A stretch of 64,000 nt of DNA from Azolla caroliniana (lineage: Eukaryota; Plantae; Polypodiophyta), in NCBI GenBank assembly GCA_043228905.1, contig JBHGNT010000001.1:13888001-13952000 (forward strand), in the 5' to 3' direction. The notes beneath the pieces are model-generated. The model was not told where the DNA came from, did not search any database, and saw only the letters and a list, made by a program, of their open reading frames with translations. Positions 60,946-64,000 of the stretch are shown one piece after another. Numbering within the stretch: the first letter of the stretch is position 1; each line of letters opens with the position of its first letter. The translations under genes and the position numbers were made by a program.

Positions 60946-63795
60946 AAAGATGTGGCCGGCGATTAATGCATGAGGTTAGGGTGGAAATAAGTGATTAATG
61001 TAATGAACATAAACTTAAGGATGGACAAACAAGATTAAGAATGAGGAGACTTGTTTCAGGCTAGAGCCGAAGAAGAATAAGAATATCTAAAATGCCTAAA
61101 AATACCGAACTAGAAGTGCAAAGTGTGCCCTCTTCCACTCCTTTTATAAGAGGAGAGCGCCTCAAAATGTCGTTATTAGAAAATGAAAGGAGAATAAAAT
61201 AGTCCTTGATTTGCTGCAGGGATCTTGAAATCTGCACCGTCATTCATTATGTTTTCATAATTTTATATGTACTACTTTTCTTTTCCCTCCTTTTCACATT
61301 CTCTCCCCTTTTTCTCCACACGCGTCCGCCCTTTCCTTTCCCACTTTCTACCTTTGAGCCACGCCACAGCACGACAACGTGCCACTGGTCCTTATGAGTT
61401 TTTCCTAACTCCTAGGATAATTGGTTTCCCACTTATCTTACCCGTAAACCATTAAAATTAGTTTTAGAATGGGTTCTTAAGGTTATGCCTACTAATTGTT
61501 CCAAATAGGTTTCAAAACTAATTACCGTTTTGACGACGACCATCTTCATAAATAATAAAAAACTTCTATGTTCCGATGTATCTATGGAATCCTCGATCAA
61601 TAAAGTTTTGTAAGTCAGAGTTTCGGTTAGAGCAGTGATGGTCGAAACTCATAGGGAAATGAAACGAGGCAAGTATCCATAGAGATACTCCATGGAAGAG
61701 GTCTAGAGATCTCACTAGAATCAATTTGAATTCTAGCCTCTGATTCATCTTCTTCGGTTTCGTCATAGTAACAACAGATATTGATGGTATTCGCAAACCT
61801 GTCTCGGGTTCCTTGCTACAGGGAAACAACATCATCTCTTGTGCATCTTTACCCCCTTCACCAAATACGAAAATAGAATTGGTTGCTTGTTAGATGAAGG
61901 CATATGAAATGGGTTTAATGTCCAGTTGTGAACACCTTGAAAGAAGATTGGCACATGTGTAAACAAGGTGCTCTACCTCTGAGCTAACATACTCTATGTT
62001 TCCAAACATTGCACTCTTGCAATGACAAAGCAAAATCAAGAAAGGCAGATTTAAGAATGTGCTCTTTCTCCCAAGTGGCATCATGCACAATTTGATCCAA
62101 CCATTTAATTTTGAATTCTTCGATTTCTTTAGATCTCAAATGTTTGGTTCGAGCATCAAGAAGTTTTTCTAATGAATTTCAATATGTTTTATGGTTGATA
62201 TGCTGTTAGAACCAATAGTTTCTTTTAGGCAACTAACATGAAAAATACGACAAATGTGAATACCATCATGAAGATCATTTAAGATTGTATATTAAAGTTA
62301 AAAAAAATCAATTAATGAAGATTTGATGAAAGATACATAATAATTGATTAAAAGTATTTATAATCATTGTTTAGAATTGTAATGTCTAAGGATTAGAAAC
62401 ACACTGAAACATTGATAAGATTGTTCGTCTTGAGATATTCGGCAAAACTTTGAAATATCAAAAGTTTTAAAGACATATTAATCAAATGATTTCCAAATCA
62501 TTATCAAAGTGCTAAAAACTCAAGATCAAAAGAGAAAAAAAGAAGAATACTGATTTTTTTCTTCGTAGTTCTTAGACAAACACAGAATCTCGTTAATTGC
62601 TCCAAAAAATACAATAAAAGAGGAAAAAAATCATTAGTATAGCCTTGATAGCAGTTATTACGAGTTGAATAATGATAATCAGTATAATAAGAGATTTAGG
62701 AAAAGAATAGACACTAGCCTTGCATAGCGGATCCAAAGAAAAGAGCTTAGCCTCACCAGTAGAGTCTTGACAATGTCTCAAGATGTCATAATAAAGGGGG
62801 TAGTTAGTCCCCTTAATATAGCCCAACACCTAAGGCTCCTAGACCACCACATGTTCCCATGTGTCATATGCCCATATATAGGTCTGTCCCAAGTCCTAGG
62901 ATAACTGGTTCCCCTAAGCCTTTAAAACTAGCTTTAGAATTGGTCCTTAAGGTTATGTCTATAACAATTTACCAAGAGTATATGAGATGTATTCTATACC
63001 ATCAAGAATATGATAAACTAAGTAATTTTTGAAGAAGACTATTATGCCATCTGGATGAGGAAACGCGTATTGAATCCTGGAAGTTCTGAAATGGCGACAA
63101 TACCAAGATGCACACCTTGGAGGCTAGACTCACATAGTATGACCATGTAACCATGTTTCTCATGCACTCATCAGATAGATGCACGCACCATTTCAATAAA
63201 GCATTTCCTACATTTATATCTAGGGGCCTGAATAATCAACATTTGGATTCCAGGGAACCTAGATGACTATCAAGGGATATTGTGAGGCAGGCCCCTTATG
63301 TTAGAGATTGAAATATCACCATGCATGAGAAAAGAACTATATGATACGCTAGTTTACACTAGGGATGTATCATGAGCTTTGACATGTTGATGAAAATTGT
63401 ATGTTGAAATCTAGACTATACCCAAAAGTCTGGGGAATCACATAGCTGCAGCAAGTCTTATACTCATGTCAGTCTAAAGTTACAATTATTGATTCATGAG
63501 TCATAACAAAATTCATGAACAGTTATAGCTTAATAAGATGAATAGGCCTCACTTATGGGGAAGTGAAACAGAACTTTAGGAATTATTATAAATGCCTTAC
63601 ATGCCCTAGTTTTCATTATGCTTGATACAGCTATATGCTGTTTTCAATGTGCTTCTATACTCAATGAAACACTATTTTTATAGCACATCAGTTTCTGACA
63701 TTTCTCACATCAATGTATAAGGCACTAATAGATAAAAGCTGAAACCTAATTAAGTATTTGAGAAAGTCAAATTCTTACATTGTGCACCATTTCAG

Positions 63796-63939
63796 ATTAT
63801 GGATGACGAAGTAGATGAGCTACAGAAATCTTTAAAAAAGTTGACATTGACTAATGATGCTGTATGGGAACGAGAAAAGAGTCGGCCAGCAGTTGAAGCA
63901 CCATGGTGGATACTCGGTCCATATTATGCTCTCTGTCTT
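63796..63939 (+). CDS. Exon 4 of PTOX-like gene (gene continues beyond window)
   Basis: TTCAG acceptor; IMDDEVDELQKSLKKLTLTNDAVWEREKSRPAVEAPWWILGPYYALCL, resembling from memory the segment preceding the di-iron domain of green-algal PTOX; GT at 63940. Confidence 0.6.
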
Positions 63940-64000
63940 GTACTGTTCCTTAATCCCTAATGTTGTTTGTTGAGTGATAGATATTAAGTTATCATATTGT

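Noticed and set aside
60977-60990. TAGGGTGGAAATA resembling the Sola-like terminal motif
   Set aside because: Short match with no supporting subterminal structure or partner end; likely chance.

Overview
Eukaryotic, land-plant genomic DNA, probably from a non-seed plant such as a fern (inferred from the TE types and an algal-type PTOX-like gene). About 80% of the window is nested transposable elements. 1-24770 holds two decayed, intron-containing DDD transposase elements (Sola-like), apparently one nested inside the other. They share a terminal motif, and each carries its own palindromic repeat arrays. They are interrupted by two solo LTRs and two full-length Ty1/Copia elements, one of which (19243-24750) is intact and very young. 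A hexameric polyubiquitin gene lies at 26946-28325. 34151-56314 is a retroelement pile-up: a Copia 5' half fused to a decayed Ty3/Gypsy body with extra ORFs, and an opposite-strand region of unknown ORFs split by a young intact Gypsy (47243-54325). That Gypsy has a tRNA-Trp PBS, a 4-bp TSD and a slippery site plus pseudoknot between gag-protease and pol. The first four exons of a PTOX-like gene begin at 58352. All calls were made by eye; no database searches were run.
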